A DNA stretch of 64,000 nucleotides from Gemmatimonadota bacterium (GTDB lineage Bacteria; Gemmatimonadota; Gemmatimonadetes; Gemmatimonadales; Gemmatimonadaceae): the NCBI GenBank assembly GCA_040389905.1, contig JAZJZK010000009.1:1-64000 (forward strand), in the 5' to 3' direction. Shown here piece after piece: positions 49,433 to 59,378 of this stretch. Position 1 is the stretch's first letter, and every line of letters starts with the position of its first letter. Under the pieces are notes generated by a model that worked only from the letters and a program-made list of their open reading frames with translations, was not told the origin of the DNA and did no database searches. The translations under genes and the position numbers were made by a program.

Positions 49433-50397
49433 CCGGTCACGCCCTCGCTGATCCGGCGGAGCTCCGCAACCAGCCCCCCGACGCTGTCCTCTACCCGGAT
49501 GTTGAGTGCGAGCAGCTCGCGCGCGATCGCGCGCACCCCGTTGCCGCCGACCACCAGCTCCACCTCGTTTGGCAATCGCGCGCGTAGCGACGCGAGCTCG
49601 TCGAGCACGCGGCGACCTCCTTCGACGAGGATCACGCTGATTGCCACAACGCGTACTCGCGCCGCTGCGGCCGCAGCCGCAATGTCGGCTGATGGCAGAT
49701 CGGCGCCGAGGTAGAGGACATTCCATCCTTCAACGGCCGCTGCCGCGCCAACAAGCGCTGCGCCGATGGCGTGCCGATCTCCGGCGGGGGTCGCGACGAG
49801 GATGCGCGGTGCCCGCGGGCGCGCGAAAACGGCGCGCATTGCCCCTGTGAGGATGTCGTGGACGAGCGACGAGACGAGGTGCTCCTGGGCCGGCGTCATA
49901 CGTCCTGCGTGCCACTCGTCTCCAACTCGCCTGAGCAAAGGGGCGGCAATCGTCTCGATGAACGCAGGGATGCCCAGGTTGGCGGCTGAGCGCCGAAGCG
50001 TCTCCTCAACTGCCGCCCCGTCCAGTGACTGCGCCAGCCCGATCGCGGTGAGTACGACATCCTCCGCCCACCCAGGACTCGCGACCGCGCCGAGCGGGGC
50101 CGGGCGCGACTCGCGTGCGACACTGTCCTCGCGAACCAATTCCTCGATGTCGCGGGTTGGCAAATGTGCGAGCCTGCCAATGCTCCGGCCAGCGCGTGTG
50201 GCGGACTGCAGCAGCGTCAATCGGTGGACGTCTGCATCCGAATACAGCCTGTTGCCGCCAGCGTCCCGTACGGGGGTGACCGCTGCGTACCGCCGCTCCC
50301 AAACGCGCAACACGTCCTGCGTGAGCCCCGTCCGCTCAGACACGACCGCGATCGGATGACGCGCACTCGGCGCGACCTGTTCCCTGGGTTTCTGCAT
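49429..50397 (-). CDS. MerR-family cobalamin-binding regulator (CarH/LitR-like photoreceptor)
   Basis: MerR HTH (VLRVWERRY, GNRLYS), W-x9-EH (WHAGRMTPAQEH), GDRHAIGA cobalt-ligand motif, YLGADLP, VVGG. Confidence 0.9.
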   Translation of the reverse strand: MQKPREQVAPSARHPIAVVSERTGLTQDVLRVWERRYAAVTPVRDAGGNRLYSDADVHRLTLLQSATRAGRSIGRLAHLPTRDIEELVREDSVARESRPAPLGAVASPGWAEDVVLTAIGLAQSLDGAAVEETLRRSAANLGIPAFIETIAAPLLRRVGDEWHAGRMTPAQEHLVSSLVHDILTGAMRAVFARPRAPRILVATPAGDRHAIGAALVGAAAAVEGWNVLYLGADLPSADIAAAAAAARVRVVAISVILVEGGRRVLDELASLRARLPNEVELVVGGNGVRAIARELLALNIRVEDSVGGLVAELRRISEGVTG

Positions 50398-50442
50398 TGG
50401 CACAGTAATGCGTAGCCGTCTAGCACATGTCAAGGCAAAAGA

Positions 50443-50502
50443 TGGACATACACTTGACAACAGTGTGATACACAGTGGAGATTGATGGACAAGTGATGGA
50501 CA
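50443..50502 (+). promoter_or_regulatory. CarH-type operator (about 11-bp-spaced TnnACA direct repeats) overlapping a TTGACA -35
   Basis: TGGACA 50443, TTGACA 50454, TGGAGA 50476, TGGACA 50486, TGGACA 50497. Confidence 0.7.
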
Positions 50503-50550
50503 ACCATTCGGTCCACGCGCACACACACTCACACCTGAAGGAGCTCTCCC

Positions 50551-51072
50551 ATGAAAAAGACCGTACTCATGTCGCTGGCGCTCGCCACGACCCTGTCAGC
50601 CATTCCATCCACGGTGCCTGCCCAGGCTACGGCCCGCGCGCAGAACATCCTGGAAGTCGCCGTGGCCGACGGCAGCTTCAAGACGTTGGTAGCCGCGGTG
50701 CAGGCAGCCGGCCTGGCAGAGACGCTGAGCGGGCCCGGGCCGTTCACGGTATTCGCGCCGACCGACGCCGCGTTTGCCAAGCTGCCTGCGGGCACTGTAG
50801 ACGCGCTGCTGGCCGACAAGACGAAGCTCGCGTCCATCCTCACGTACCACGTGTTGAGCGGAAAGATTGGGGCGGGCGACGTGGTCAAGGCTGGTGGAGC
50901 GAAGCCCGCGACGGTCAATGGTCAGACGTTGGACATCGTCGTGCGGGCCGGAAAGGTGTACGTCAACGGTGCGCAGGTTGTGTCGGCTGACATCGTTGCA
51001 TCGAATGGCGTCATCCACGTGATCGACAGCGTGCTCCTGCCGAAGCAGGCAGTCGGTGCCGTCGCTCGCTGA
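50551..51072 (+). CDS. Fasciclin (FAS1) domain protein
   Basis: Signal peptide; [43 protein letters not shown]. Confidence 0.95.
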   Translation: MKKTVLMSLALATTLSAIPSTVPAQATARAQNILEVAVADGSFKTLVAAVQAAGLAETLSGPGPFTVFAPTDAAFAKLPAGTVDALLADKTKLASILTYHVLSGKIGAGDVVKAGGAKPATVNGQTLDIVVRAGKVYVNGAQVVSADIVASNGVIHVIDSVLLPKQAVGAVAR

Positions 51073-51079
51073 CCGGACG

Positions 51080-51628
51080 ATGATGCGCGTCTCCATCCTT
51101 GCCGCGGGCCTTGCCCTATTGCCCGCGGCAGGGGTGCGTGGCCAGGCGACCCCACAGGCAGTTGATTCCGTCGTGCGTTTCCCGTTTGTCGACGCTTCCA
51201 ACCTCGAAGGGCGCCCGTTCGCCGTACCGCGTGATTTCGCGGGTGCCCTCAACCTCGTGGTGCTGGCGTTCACGCGAGAGCAGCAGACGGACGTCGACGG
51301 CTGGATGCCCACACTGCGGGGCATCGCTGCCACACGTGCGAACGTTCGCGTTTACGAGCTTCCGGTCCTTGCGCGGCGTTATCGCCTGATCCGACGCGTC
51401 ATCGATGGGGGAATGCGCAGCGGCATACCCGATCCCGCGGTGCGGGCTGCAACGATTACACTCTTCATCGACAAGTCACCGTTCGAGCGTGCGCTTGGGA
51501 TTCCGAACGAGGAACAGATCCAGATCCTCCTCGTCGATCGTCAGGGGACGGTGCGTTGGCGAGCGGCGGGGCGATACACGGAAACGGTTGGCGGACAGTT
51601 GGCAACGCGCGTGGCCTCCACGCCGTAG
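51080..51628 (+). CDS. Secreted thioredoxin-fold (ATP10-like) protein without CxxC
   Basis: Signal peptide; NLEG..VP.DF, LAFTREQQTDVDGW, IDGGMRSGIP, LLVDRQGTVRW. Confidence 0.65.
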   Translation: MMRVSILAAGLALLPAAGVRGQATPQAVDSVVRFPFVDASNLEGRPFAVPRDFAGALNLVVLAFTREQQTDVDGWMPTLRGIAATRANVRVYELPVLARRYRLIRRVIDGGMRSGIPDPAVRAATITLFIDKSPFERALGIPNEEQIQILLVDRQGTVRWRAAGRYTETVGGQLATRVASTP

Positions 51629-51749
51629 CGCGACGCGCTCCCTGCTAAGAGCGGCGGCAACGCGCGTCAAGGGCTGGCGCGGCCAGAACGGTGTGGCCCA
51701 TACTCTCCAAAGAGGGGATAATGCCTGCCGCCGCTGATAGGAGCTTCCC

Positions 51750-54479
51750 ATGCCGACCACCGAATGCCGACCAGCGCTTCTCCGCATTGCTGCTGAACCG
51801 ACCACCGCCACGAACAGGAAACTCTGGCGCGCGTTGACGCTCGAGGAACGTGAACGAGCGCTCGCCAGTGCGCTCGTCGATGGCGACGCGGGCTCGGAAA
51901 CGCGGCAGCAGGCAGAGATCGCTATCGCGAACAACCGCGGCTTTCGGAGGCAAAGCGTCGCCCGCTGGCCTGACCAGAAAATCGCGACGTGGGCCGCCAA
52001 GATCGAATCGCTTCCCTCGGAAACGATGTGGAATTCGATCGTGCACTTCCACATGACGCATCGTGTCGCGATGATGAGCCGGTTTCTCGATGGCGCCGGG
52101 ATCGAGCACGAGGACGGCCGCTTCGTCGATGAGGGCCCCTCGGTGGCACTCGAGGCCGAGGTCCTTCGCGGCGCCGCAGACACGCTGCTCGAGTCGTGGT
52201 CGCTCGATGATATCGTGCTGTACCTCCTCGCGCTGCGCATCAATTTCGCCGACGGATTCTGCAATCTCGACCCGTGGCTTACCTCGAGGACCGAGTTCGA
52301 GCCCACCCCCGCCATTATCGACGAGCCCCCGACAAGTGAGCCGCGAATTCTTCCCCTCGGCGGGCGTGATTTCACGACGCTCGATAGGCGGCTCATCCGC
52401 TGCATCGTCGACGCCGCCGCGGGTGTCATCGGTGCCGAGTCAGAGGAAGAACTCGATGATCTTCTGCTCGAGATGGAGCAACTGAACGCCAGCAGACATT
52501 CGACCTTCTTTCACGGTGGGTTCCGTGATTCAATGTTCGGTCGCGCACCTAAGGATGAGCTTCCTGCCGAGAACGAGACGCGCCGACGCTGGTACTGGTC
52601 AGGGTATGTGACCGGCCTCGCACGCAGGGACGAGTGGCACGAGATCGCGCGCTACCATGCGCTCGAGCCCACCGTGCGCGCGCTCGGCAGCAAGGCGGAC
52701 GGCCCAGCGCGCATAGCGGCGGAACTCGTGTTCAGGTCATTGGTGCGCGTCGAGCGGTACGCTGAAGCAGCCGCCTTCGTCGCACCTCAGGCGGCAGCGA
52801 CGTCGGAACAACTTCGGAGCGCAATGCTCGAAGCCGCGGTGGACTTGATTCGTCGCGGTCGCGCGAGCGAGGCACGGCCGTTGCTCGATAGTCTGTGGTC
52901 GGTTGCGCGGAGTGAGAAGGTAGCAATCGATTCGAAATTTCTCGTTGAAGTCCAACGCCGGCGCGCCCTGTGCCTCCGCCAGCTCGGTGACCAACGCGAA
53001 GCAATCGACATCCTCGACGAGCTCGCACGCCACGACGATCCACGGATTCGTGCAATCGCACATACGGACATCGGGCTGATCAAGGCTGGTTACAGGCGGC
53101 TTGGAGATCTGACACTGCCTGTCGAACGCAGCGAGCTTTCCACGCTCATCGAGTCGCTCGAACGAGGAGAGACCGCGTGGATGGATGCGGCGCGCACGCC
53201 GGGCTTTTCCCCGGCGCACGCGAACTTCGCGCTCGGCGTTCTGGCGCTCGCTCGTGAGAAGTATCTGGAAGCCGACCACCGGCTCGGCGACGCAGTCGTC
53301 GTGTTCAGCGGAAAACCGGACGTGTATAGCTCCGACGGGTCGCTTGGACTCGCGCAGTTGTACTTGGGGGTCTCCATTTGCTTGACACTCGACAATCCTG
53401 GCCGACTCGCGCACGCGCGCGAATTGATCGTGGCCGGCCTCGACGCGGGTGCTCGGGTGCCGCGATGGCTTATCAGCTCGATCGTGGAGTCGCTCGCGCT
53501 CCAGAACGGCCAGCTCGCCGGAGAGGCGGCATCGGCCCTGCTCGTGCGTGCCGACGAGGGCATTCTCGACGAACTGATCACCGCGGCGTCACCTGCCATC
53601 ATTCCAGCGATCCGGCCCGCATTGTTCCAGCGCGCGTCGTCGCCATCGCGATCGGACACGCTCCGTGCAAAAGACTATCGCCTCGTTGTCCCGTGGTTGC
53701 TCGAAGCGCACGAGGTCGACAAGGCAAAGGATGCGCTCGGATTCCTCGAGCACTCCGCAACGCTGGGCATCGGGAGAACGGAATTGCTTTCGCTGATCGT
53801 CGAGGGTGACCTGAGCCCGGCATGGAGCGCGGAGCAGTGTGCCGAAATGCGGATTCATCTCCTCGAACTTCAGGGCGACTACGCTGGCGCCGCGTGGGCG
53901 GTGGAGGAGATTGCGCACGCGATGCTGGCTGCCGGTGAACCCAATGCGCTCGATAACGCCGAGCTTCTGCTCCTCCTCCTCGAAGGGTACGGACCCGCAG
54001 GGGCGGACAGCCACTATCGGTTGCGTGGTGTCGTTGAAGCGCGGACCGCGGCGCGCGACCGCGAGGAAAGCGTTGCGCTCGATTCCGGCGTACACCAGGA
54101 CGAGCGGTGCGACGTCCTGATCCTCGTGGTCGGCGGCAACGAGGTCCATGCACGAATGGACACGGACATTCGCGCGCGCATTGCCGCCGACCTGCCGGGC
54201 GTCAGCGTGGAGTTTCTCCATTCTGGATGGACTGGAAACTGGAGTGTCCACGTGGAACAGTTCGAGCGGCTGGTCGCCCGCGCAGACGGCGTGGTCATGT
54301 TGCAGTTGATGCGAACGATGTTCGGGCGGTCCGTGCGCGCGCGCTGTCATGTTCCGTGGCGGGGATGTCGCGGCAGAGGCCAGGGCGAAATCGTGAATAC
54401 CGTGAAGCGAGTCGTTCCGGCGGCGCGGGCGCGGTTAGCTGGACGCACGCCGCAGTCGACGGACGGAGCGATCGCGTGA
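51750..54479 (+). CDS. Large hypothetical protein (909 aa): helical N-domain, TPR-like middle, Rossmann-like (DUF2325-like) C-domain
   Basis: Uninterrupted ORF with AGGAG RBS; TPR-like helices (RALCLRQLGDQREAIDIL, AHANFALGVLAL); C-terminal VLILVVGG...ADGVVML. Confidence 0.75.
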   Translation: MPTTECRPALLRIAAEPTTATNRKLWRALTLEERERALASALVDGDAGSETRQQAEIAIANNRGFRRQSVARWPDQKIATWAAKIESLPSETMWNSIVHFHMTHRVAMMSRFLDGAGIEHEDGRFVDEGPSVALEAEVLRGAADTLLESWSLDDIVLYLLALRINFADGFCNLDPWLTSRTEFEPTPAIIDEPPTSEPRILPLGGRDFTTLDRRLIRCIVDAAAGVIGAESEEELDDLLLEMEQLNASRHSTFFHGGFRDSMFGRAPKDELPAENETRRRWYWSGYVTGLARRDEWHEIARYHALEPTVRALGSKADGPARIAAELVFRSLVRVERYAEAAAFVAPQAAATSEQLRSAMLEAAVDLIRRGRASEARPLLDSLWSVARSEKVAIDSKFLVEVQRRRALCLRQLGDQREAIDILDELARHDDPRIRAIAHTDIGLIKAGYRRLGDLTLPVERSELSTLIESLERGETAWMDAARTPGFSPAHANFALGVLALAREKYLEADHRLGDAVVVFSGKPDVYSSDGSLGLAQLYLGVSICLTLDNPGRLAHARELIVAGLDAGARVPRWLISSIVESLALQNGQLAGEAASALLVRADEGILDELITAASPAIIPAIRPALFQRASSPSRSDTLRAKDYRLVVPWLLEAHEVDKAKDALGFLEHSATLGIGRTELLSLIVEGDLSPAWSAEQCAEMRIHLLELQGDYAGAAWAVEEIAHAMLAAGEPNALDNAELLLLLLEGYGPAGADSHYRLRGVVEARTAARDREESVALDSGVHQDERCDVLILVVGGNEVHARMDTDIRARIAADLPGVSVEFLHSGWTGNWSVHVEQFERLVARADGVVMLQLMRTMFGRSVRARCHVPWRGCRGRGQGEIVNTVKRVVPAARARLAGRTPQSTDGAIA

Positions 54480-54624
54480 ATGCGATTCCCTCAATGAAAA
54501 TCAAGGGAAGGGGCTGCACAGTGGTGGTGCCTGCCGCTAAATACGGACGACAGGTACGTACACCGGAGTTTCGCGATGACGCGAATGATGTCGGACATTC
54601 CATTGCTCATCGGCAGCGCAAACG

Positions 54625-57057
54625 GTGAGGCAGCGCCGTCGCGTGCGTAACCCCGACGTTGCGGCGCCCGATCACCGGCCCTATGGCGCAGACGATGCCC
54701 CTCGGTGGCGAGCCGAGGTCCTCCAGCAGCTGACGTCCGGGCTCGTGCGCCTCCAGTCCGTCGCCGAGATCGGCGCGTTCTGCTCACGAGAGCTCAGCGG
54801 CATCATCGGCGCCGACACGTGCTGGGCCGGCCAGTTGACGAATGACGGACAATCGATCGAGACGATCGCGCTCCACGGCGTGCCGGACGCGGTCGCGGGT
54901 CCATGGCAGCGCTTTTCCATCGACGCGCCCGTTCCCATCAGTACCGCGCTACGCGAGCGGCGCGCGCTCTGGTTCAGCGACAAGGCCGCCCTCCTCGAAG
55001 CGTTTCCGGGGTACGCCTACACCGCGCGCGCGATCGACCGCGAAGCGACCGCCTTCGTTCCTCTGGCGGTTGGCGGCAGTGGGGGCGAGGCGCGCGCGGT
55101 TGGTGCCCTCTCGATCGGATTCCGTCTGCGCCATGTGTTCGACGAAACGACGCGCGCCTTCATAATGACGCTGGCGCAACAATGCGCGCTCGCGCTCGAC
55201 CGTGCACGCCTGCTCGAGGCGGAGCGAGCGGCGCGGGCGGCGGCAGACCACGCCGCCAGCCGGACAGCGCGGCTCCAGGCGGTGACGGCGGCACTCTCCA
55301 AGGCGCTTGCTGCGAAAGAGATTGCCGAAGTCATCACCGAACAAGGAAGCGCCGCATTCGACGCCGACGGCGCAGCCGTCTACATCCTGGATGACAGCGG
55401 GATGGCACTCACGATGTTGGCGGACCGGGGCTTCTCGAAATTCACGAGAAGGACGTTCGCTACCGTGCCACTCGACGCGAAGGTCCCTGCGGCGGACGTT
55501 GTGCGAACGAGCGAATCGCTCTTCGTGTCCGACTTCGACGCGCTCGTCGGCCGGTATCCGAACCTCGCAGAGGCGATTGCCACGACTGGTCGTCAGGCAA
55601 TCGCCGGCGTTCCCCTCCGCGACACGCGTGGCACAGTCGGTGTCCTGATCTTCGCCTTCGACAGACCGCAGATGTTTACGACGGCCGACCGCGCCTTTGC
55701 GACCGCGCTCGCCACGCAGTGCGTGCAGGCCTTCGAGCGTGCGCGACTCTACGAAGCACATAGCGCGTCCGCACGACGTGCGGCGTTTCTCTCCGACGCG
55801 TCGCGCACGTTGGCGTTACCCCTCGAGACGACGGAACTTCTGCGGCTGCTTGCTGAGCTCCCCGTTCCTGTCATCGCTGACTACTCGATCGTCTATCGTG
55901 TTGGCGCGGATGGGATGGGGCATCGCGTCGCCCGCGCGCACGTGAGCGCGGCCGGCGCCCAGGTACTGGACAGTCTCGAGCGCGAGTATCCGCTCGCGCA
56001 CGCATCCGAGGTGCCTGCGGCGCGTGTGCTTCGGACACACGAGACATTGTTTCTCCCACTCATGCGCCTGGACGACGTCTCGGTGGTGGCTCCGGACGAG
56101 CGCTACATGGACCTCGTCGCCGAGTTGGAACCGTGTTCCGGCATCGTGGTGCCGCTCGTTGCTCGGGGACGCGCGCTTGGCGCGCTCGTGCTCGCGATGG
56201 CGTCGCGCGCGCGCGGTGGTTCCGCGCGGCAGTTCACGACGGACGACGTCACGCTCGCGCAGTCGCTCGCGGAACGCGCAGCGCTCGCACTCGATGCCCT
56301 GATGATCCTCGAGGACGCCGAGCGTGCGCGCGAAGATGCCGAACACGCCAATCGCGCCAAGAGCGACTTCCTCGCGACGATGAGCCATGAGTTGAGAACG
56401 CCGCTCAACGCCATCGCTGGTCATGTGCAGCTGATCGACATGGGCCTGCACGGCCCGGTGACAGAGGCGCAGCACGTCACGCTGCAGCGGGTCACGCGCG
56501 CGCAAGAGCGCTTGCTCGGCTTGATCAACGACATTCTCAACTTCGCGCGTCTCGAGGCAGGCCACGTCGAATACCGGATCGAGCCGATCTCCGTCAGCGA
56601 TGTGACGGCGGAGATGGTCGGCTTGATGGAGCCGCAGTTTGTCGCGCGCTCGATCGCCATCGAGATCCGCGTCGCAGCGCAGAACGGCGCGTCGCCGCTC
56701 ATCGTTCGCGCCGATGCCGAGAAGCTCGCACAAGTGCTGTTGAACCTTCTGTCGAACTCGGTCAAGTTCACGCCGCCCGGTGGGCGCGTCACGATCGAGT
56801 TCGTCCCCAACCCGTCGGAAGACGGCATTGCACTATTGCAGGTGCGCGACAACGGCGTGGGCATTCCTGCCGACAAGCTGCAAACGATCTTCGAGCCGTT
56901 CGTTCAGCTCGGGCGAGGGCTCACTCGGAACGCCGAAGGAACCGGGCTCGGTCTCTCGATCAGCCGCGATCTCATGCGCAGTATGGGCGGTGACCTCGTC
57001 GCGGAAAGCGTGCTCGGCGCGGGGAGCACATTCACGATCCAGCTCGTCCGCGCCTGA
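54625..57057 (+). CDS. Triple-GAF sensor histidine kinase
   Basis: Three GAF repeats (LAQQCALALDRARL, LATQCVQAFERARL, LAERAALAL), MSHELRTPLNAI, GTGLGL. Confidence 0.92.
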   Translation: MRQRRRVRNPDVAAPDHRPYGADDAPRWRAEVLQQLTSGLVRLQSVAEIGAFCSRELSGIIGADTCWAGQLTNDGQSIETIALHGVPDAVAGPWQRFSIDAPVPISTALRERRALWFSDKAALLEAFPGYAYTARAIDREATAFVPLAVGGSGGEARAVGALSIGFRLRHVFDETTRAFIMTLAQQCALALDRARLLEAERAARAAADHAASRTARLQAVTAALSKALAAKEIAEVITEQGSAAFDADGAAVYILDDSGMALTMLADRGFSKFTRRTFATVPLDAKVPAADVVRTSESLFVSDFDALVGRYPNLAEAIATTGRQAIAGVPLRDTRGTVGVLIFAFDRPQMFTTADRAFATALATQCVQAFERARLYEAHSASARRAAFLSDASRTLALPLETTELLRLLAELPVPVIADYSIVYRVGADGMGHRVARAHVSAAGAQVLDSLEREYPLAHASEVPAARVLRTHETLFLPLMRLDDVSVVAPDERYMDLVAELEPCSGIVVPLVARGRALGALVLAMASRARGGSARQFTTDDVTLAQSLAERAALALDALMILEDAERAREDAEHANRAKSDFLATMSHELRTPLNAIAGHVQLIDMGLHGPVTEAQHVTLQRVTRAQERLLGLINDILNFARLEAGHVEYRIEPISVSDVTAEMVGLMEPQFVARSIAIEIRVAAQNGASPLIVRADAEKLAQVLLNLLSNSVKFTPPGGRVTIEFVPNPSEDGIALLQVRDNGVGIPADKLQTIFEPFVQLGRGLTRNAEGTGLGLSISRDLMRSMGGDLVAESVLGAGSTFTIQLVRA

Positions 57058-57069
57058 GCAATCGGCGGC

Positions 57070-57564
57070 TCAGTACAGCCGCGCCAGCACTTCCTGCAGC
57101 AGGGTCGCCGGAACATTGGTGAAGGTGAGTCGCTCTGTGCCCTGGCTCACGACGGCGCGCCGCACCAGCCCATCGGCTCCACGGTAGTACACATAGCGTG
57201 ATGCGCCTGACGGGGTCGTGCGGATGACGGTGTAGCCGCGTCGTCCGAGGATGTCACCGAGGACGGTCGCGCCCTCGAGCGTGCCATACCGTTTCTTGTA
57301 CTGGCCCGGCGGCATTCCACCAGGCTTCTTCGCGAGGCCAGGCGGCACTTTCACGCCGTTGCGATACACGCCGTCGCGATACACCCCGTCGCGAATGCCG
57401 TCATGATTTCGGTCGTCGACCCGAACGACCTTCGCCTTGTCGTGATCCTTGTCGGGTCCCTTGTCGGGCTTGCCCTTGCTCTTGCCCTGCGCAGCCGCGG
57501 CGCCCGTCGCGAGCGTGAGGAGCGCGATGGCGACTCCGATGGCGCGTCGAGAGTTGATGATCAT
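57070..57564 (-). CDS. Secreted hypothetical protein with PPGLAKK motif
   Basis: GGAGG RBS, signal peptide AAAA|QGK, VPPGLAKKPGGMPPGQYKK. Confidence 0.75.
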   Translation of the reverse strand: MIINSRRAIGVAIALLTLATGAAAAQGKSKGKPDKGPDKDHDKAKVVRVDDRNHDGIRDGVYRDGVYRNGVKVPPGLAKKPGGMPPGQYKKRYGTLEGATVLGDILGRRGYTVIRTTPSGASRYVYYRGADGLVRRAVVSQGTERLTFTNVPATLLQEVLARLY

Positions 57565-57892
57565 GGTGAGCCTCCGATTGAGTGTGGCTCGGGCGCGAGG
57601 ACACTCCGGGCGCCCAGCCACGCCTGCTTCACAAGGCAGCTTTCGCGCCGGATCACGGGAAACAGCTAACATCCTCGCCAGTAGTGGGTTAGGGCGAGGT
57701 CGCCGCATTCGTCACGCCTGTGTTCGTATCGAATCGCGGACGGGATTTCCAATACTGGGACACCGGGCGGGCGAGCTTCGGGAGCATCTCGGGAGACCGC
57801 TTCGCAGGAGGCAGGGTTTGCGATTGCGCTGTGTTCTGGTATAAGTTCCATATCAAGTAGTTCCATAGGTGGAACTTCCAGCACTGGAACCA

Positions 57893-59317
57893 ATGAGCGC
57901 TCCGTCGATCAAGCCAACGGATATCACCGACCGCGACAGGGAGTGGGCCATCCTGCAGTCGCTCTGGGGGAGCTCGTCACCCGAACTCGTGTTCGTCGTC
58001 GGGCGGCGTCGCGTCGGCAAGAGCTTTCTCCTCGGTCGCTTCGCGCGGGAAGCGCGTGGGCTCTACTATCAGGCGACGCGCCGGACCGAGGCGGAGCAAC
58101 TCGCGCAGCTCAGCCGAGCGGTCGGGGAGCATTTTGCCGATTCAGCGCTCCAGCAGGGCGTGGCATTCCCGGATTGGGAAGCACTGTTCGCGTACATCGC
58201 CGGCCGCGTCGCGGGTGAGCCGTTTCTGCTCGTCCTCGACGAGTTTCCGTATCTCGCCGATGCGGCGCCGGCGCTTACATCAATCCTGCAAGCGTGGTGG
58301 GATCACCGGTGGGTAGGCACGCGGATGAAACTGGTGCTCTGCGGTTCCCACATTACTGCAATGCGTCGACTGGAGGCGGCAGATCAACCACTGTACGGCA
58401 GGCGAACTCGGCGCATGGTCCTCCATCCGTTCACTCCGCGGGATGTCGGCGCGTTCGTACCTCGGTACGACGCGCGCGATGTGCTTACGGCGTACGGTCT
58501 CTTCGGAGGGTTGCCTGGGCACCTCAGCTTGCTCGATCCCGCGCGATCGCTCGCTGCAAACGCCGCGACGCTCCTGCTCGACAGCTCAGGGCGGCTGGCG
58601 GATGAAGCCCAGCATATGCTCGATGCATTCCTTGGAGATGCCGCGGTCCACTACTCCATTCTCGAGGCCGTCGCGACCGGCGACCAGACGTGGAAAGGGA
58701 TCACGAATCGCATCGGCAGGAGTGGGGGCGCGGCACTTCGGCCCCTCGACTGGTTGGTGGGCATGCTCATCCTCGAGCGCGTGGTACCGATCTCCGAGCG
58801 CGACCCGCGCAAGTCGAAGCGTGCGCTCTACCGCATCGCGGATCCGTATGTCGGGTTCTGGCACCGCTTCGTAGCGCCTCTCGCCGCGTCGGGTGCGATT
58901 GGGCTCGTCCCGCCGGAACGGCTGTGGAGCACGAGCGTTTCGCCACAGGTCGCCGACTACATGGGGCCGGTGTTCGAGGACGTGTGCCGGCAGGCGGTGC
59001 GCTCGGGCCGCGTGCAGATGCCGTTCGAGCTCGCGCGCGTGGGAGAGTGGTGGAACAGCTCGTCCACCGAGCAGATCGATGTCGTGGTGCTCGGCGGCAC
59101 CCGCGAGATGTTCATCGCCGAGTGTAAATGGGGGCGAGTCACCTCCGATGATCTCGAACGCTTGGAGCGGCGTGGCCAGCTCATTGCGGGCGAGATTGGA
59201 GGGGTTCGACGCACGCATGTCGCAGTGTTCTCCGGCAGCAACACGTTCGACGCCGGCGTCACCCGCGCGATCGAATCTGGACGGATTCTCGGCTACTCAG
59301 CGAACCACCTCATCTGA
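57893..59317 (+). CDS. Archaeal-type P-loop ATPase with wHTH and C-terminal DUF234-like PD-(D/E)xK nuclease
   Basis: GRRRVGKS Walker A, LVLDEFPY Walker B, LCGS, GGLP, YRIADPY..FW.RF, GEWW...EQIDVV...AECKW. Confidence 0.88.
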   Translation: MSAPSIKPTDITDRDREWAILQSLWGSSSPELVFVVGRRRVGKSFLLGRFAREARGLYYQATRRTEAEQLAQLSRAVGEHFADSALQQGVAFPDWEALFAYIAGRVAGEPFLLVLDEFPYLADAAPALTSILQAWWDHRWVGTRMKLVLCGSHITAMRRLEAADQPLYGRRTRRMVLHPFTPRDVGAFVPRYDARDVLTAYGLFGGLPGHLSLLDPARSLAANAATLLLDSSGRLADEAQHMLDAFLGDAAVHYSILEAVATGDQTWKGITNRIGRSGGAALRPLDWLVGMLILERVVPISERDPRKSKRALYRIADPYVGFWHRFVAPLAASGAIGLVPPERLWSTSVSPQVADYMGPVFEDVCRQAVRSGRVQMPFELARVGEWWNSSSTEQIDVVVLGGTREMFIAECKWGRVTSDDLERLERRGQLIAGEIGGVRRTHVAVFSGSNTFDAGVTRAIESGRILGYSANHLI

Positions 59318-59318
59318 G

Positions 59319-59358
59319 AAAAAACGAGCGGGGGACGCCCACCAGCGTCCCCCGCTCG
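59319..59358 (-). terminator. Rho-independent terminator
   Basis: 14-bp perfect stem CGAGCGGGGGACGC/GCGTCCCCCGCTCG with an A6 tract on the left (U tract on the minus strand), between convergent genes. Confidence 0.85.
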
Positions 59359-59378
59359 CACCACTCGCCGTCCGAGAC

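Noticed and set aside
47826..49451. 541-aa plus-strand ORF overlapping nirK and the FGE gene
   Set aside because: Alternative frame of two well-supported genes; no recognisable domain
50443..50502. Short periodic repeats as a CRISPR or iteron array
   Set aside because: Units are about 6 bp at 10-11-bp spacing with no spacers, cas or rep gene; they fit a CarH operator
57355..57400. 15-nt tandem repeat (RDGVY) in the PPGLAKK protein
   Set aside because: Only two to three in-frame units in a low-complexity linker; ordinary
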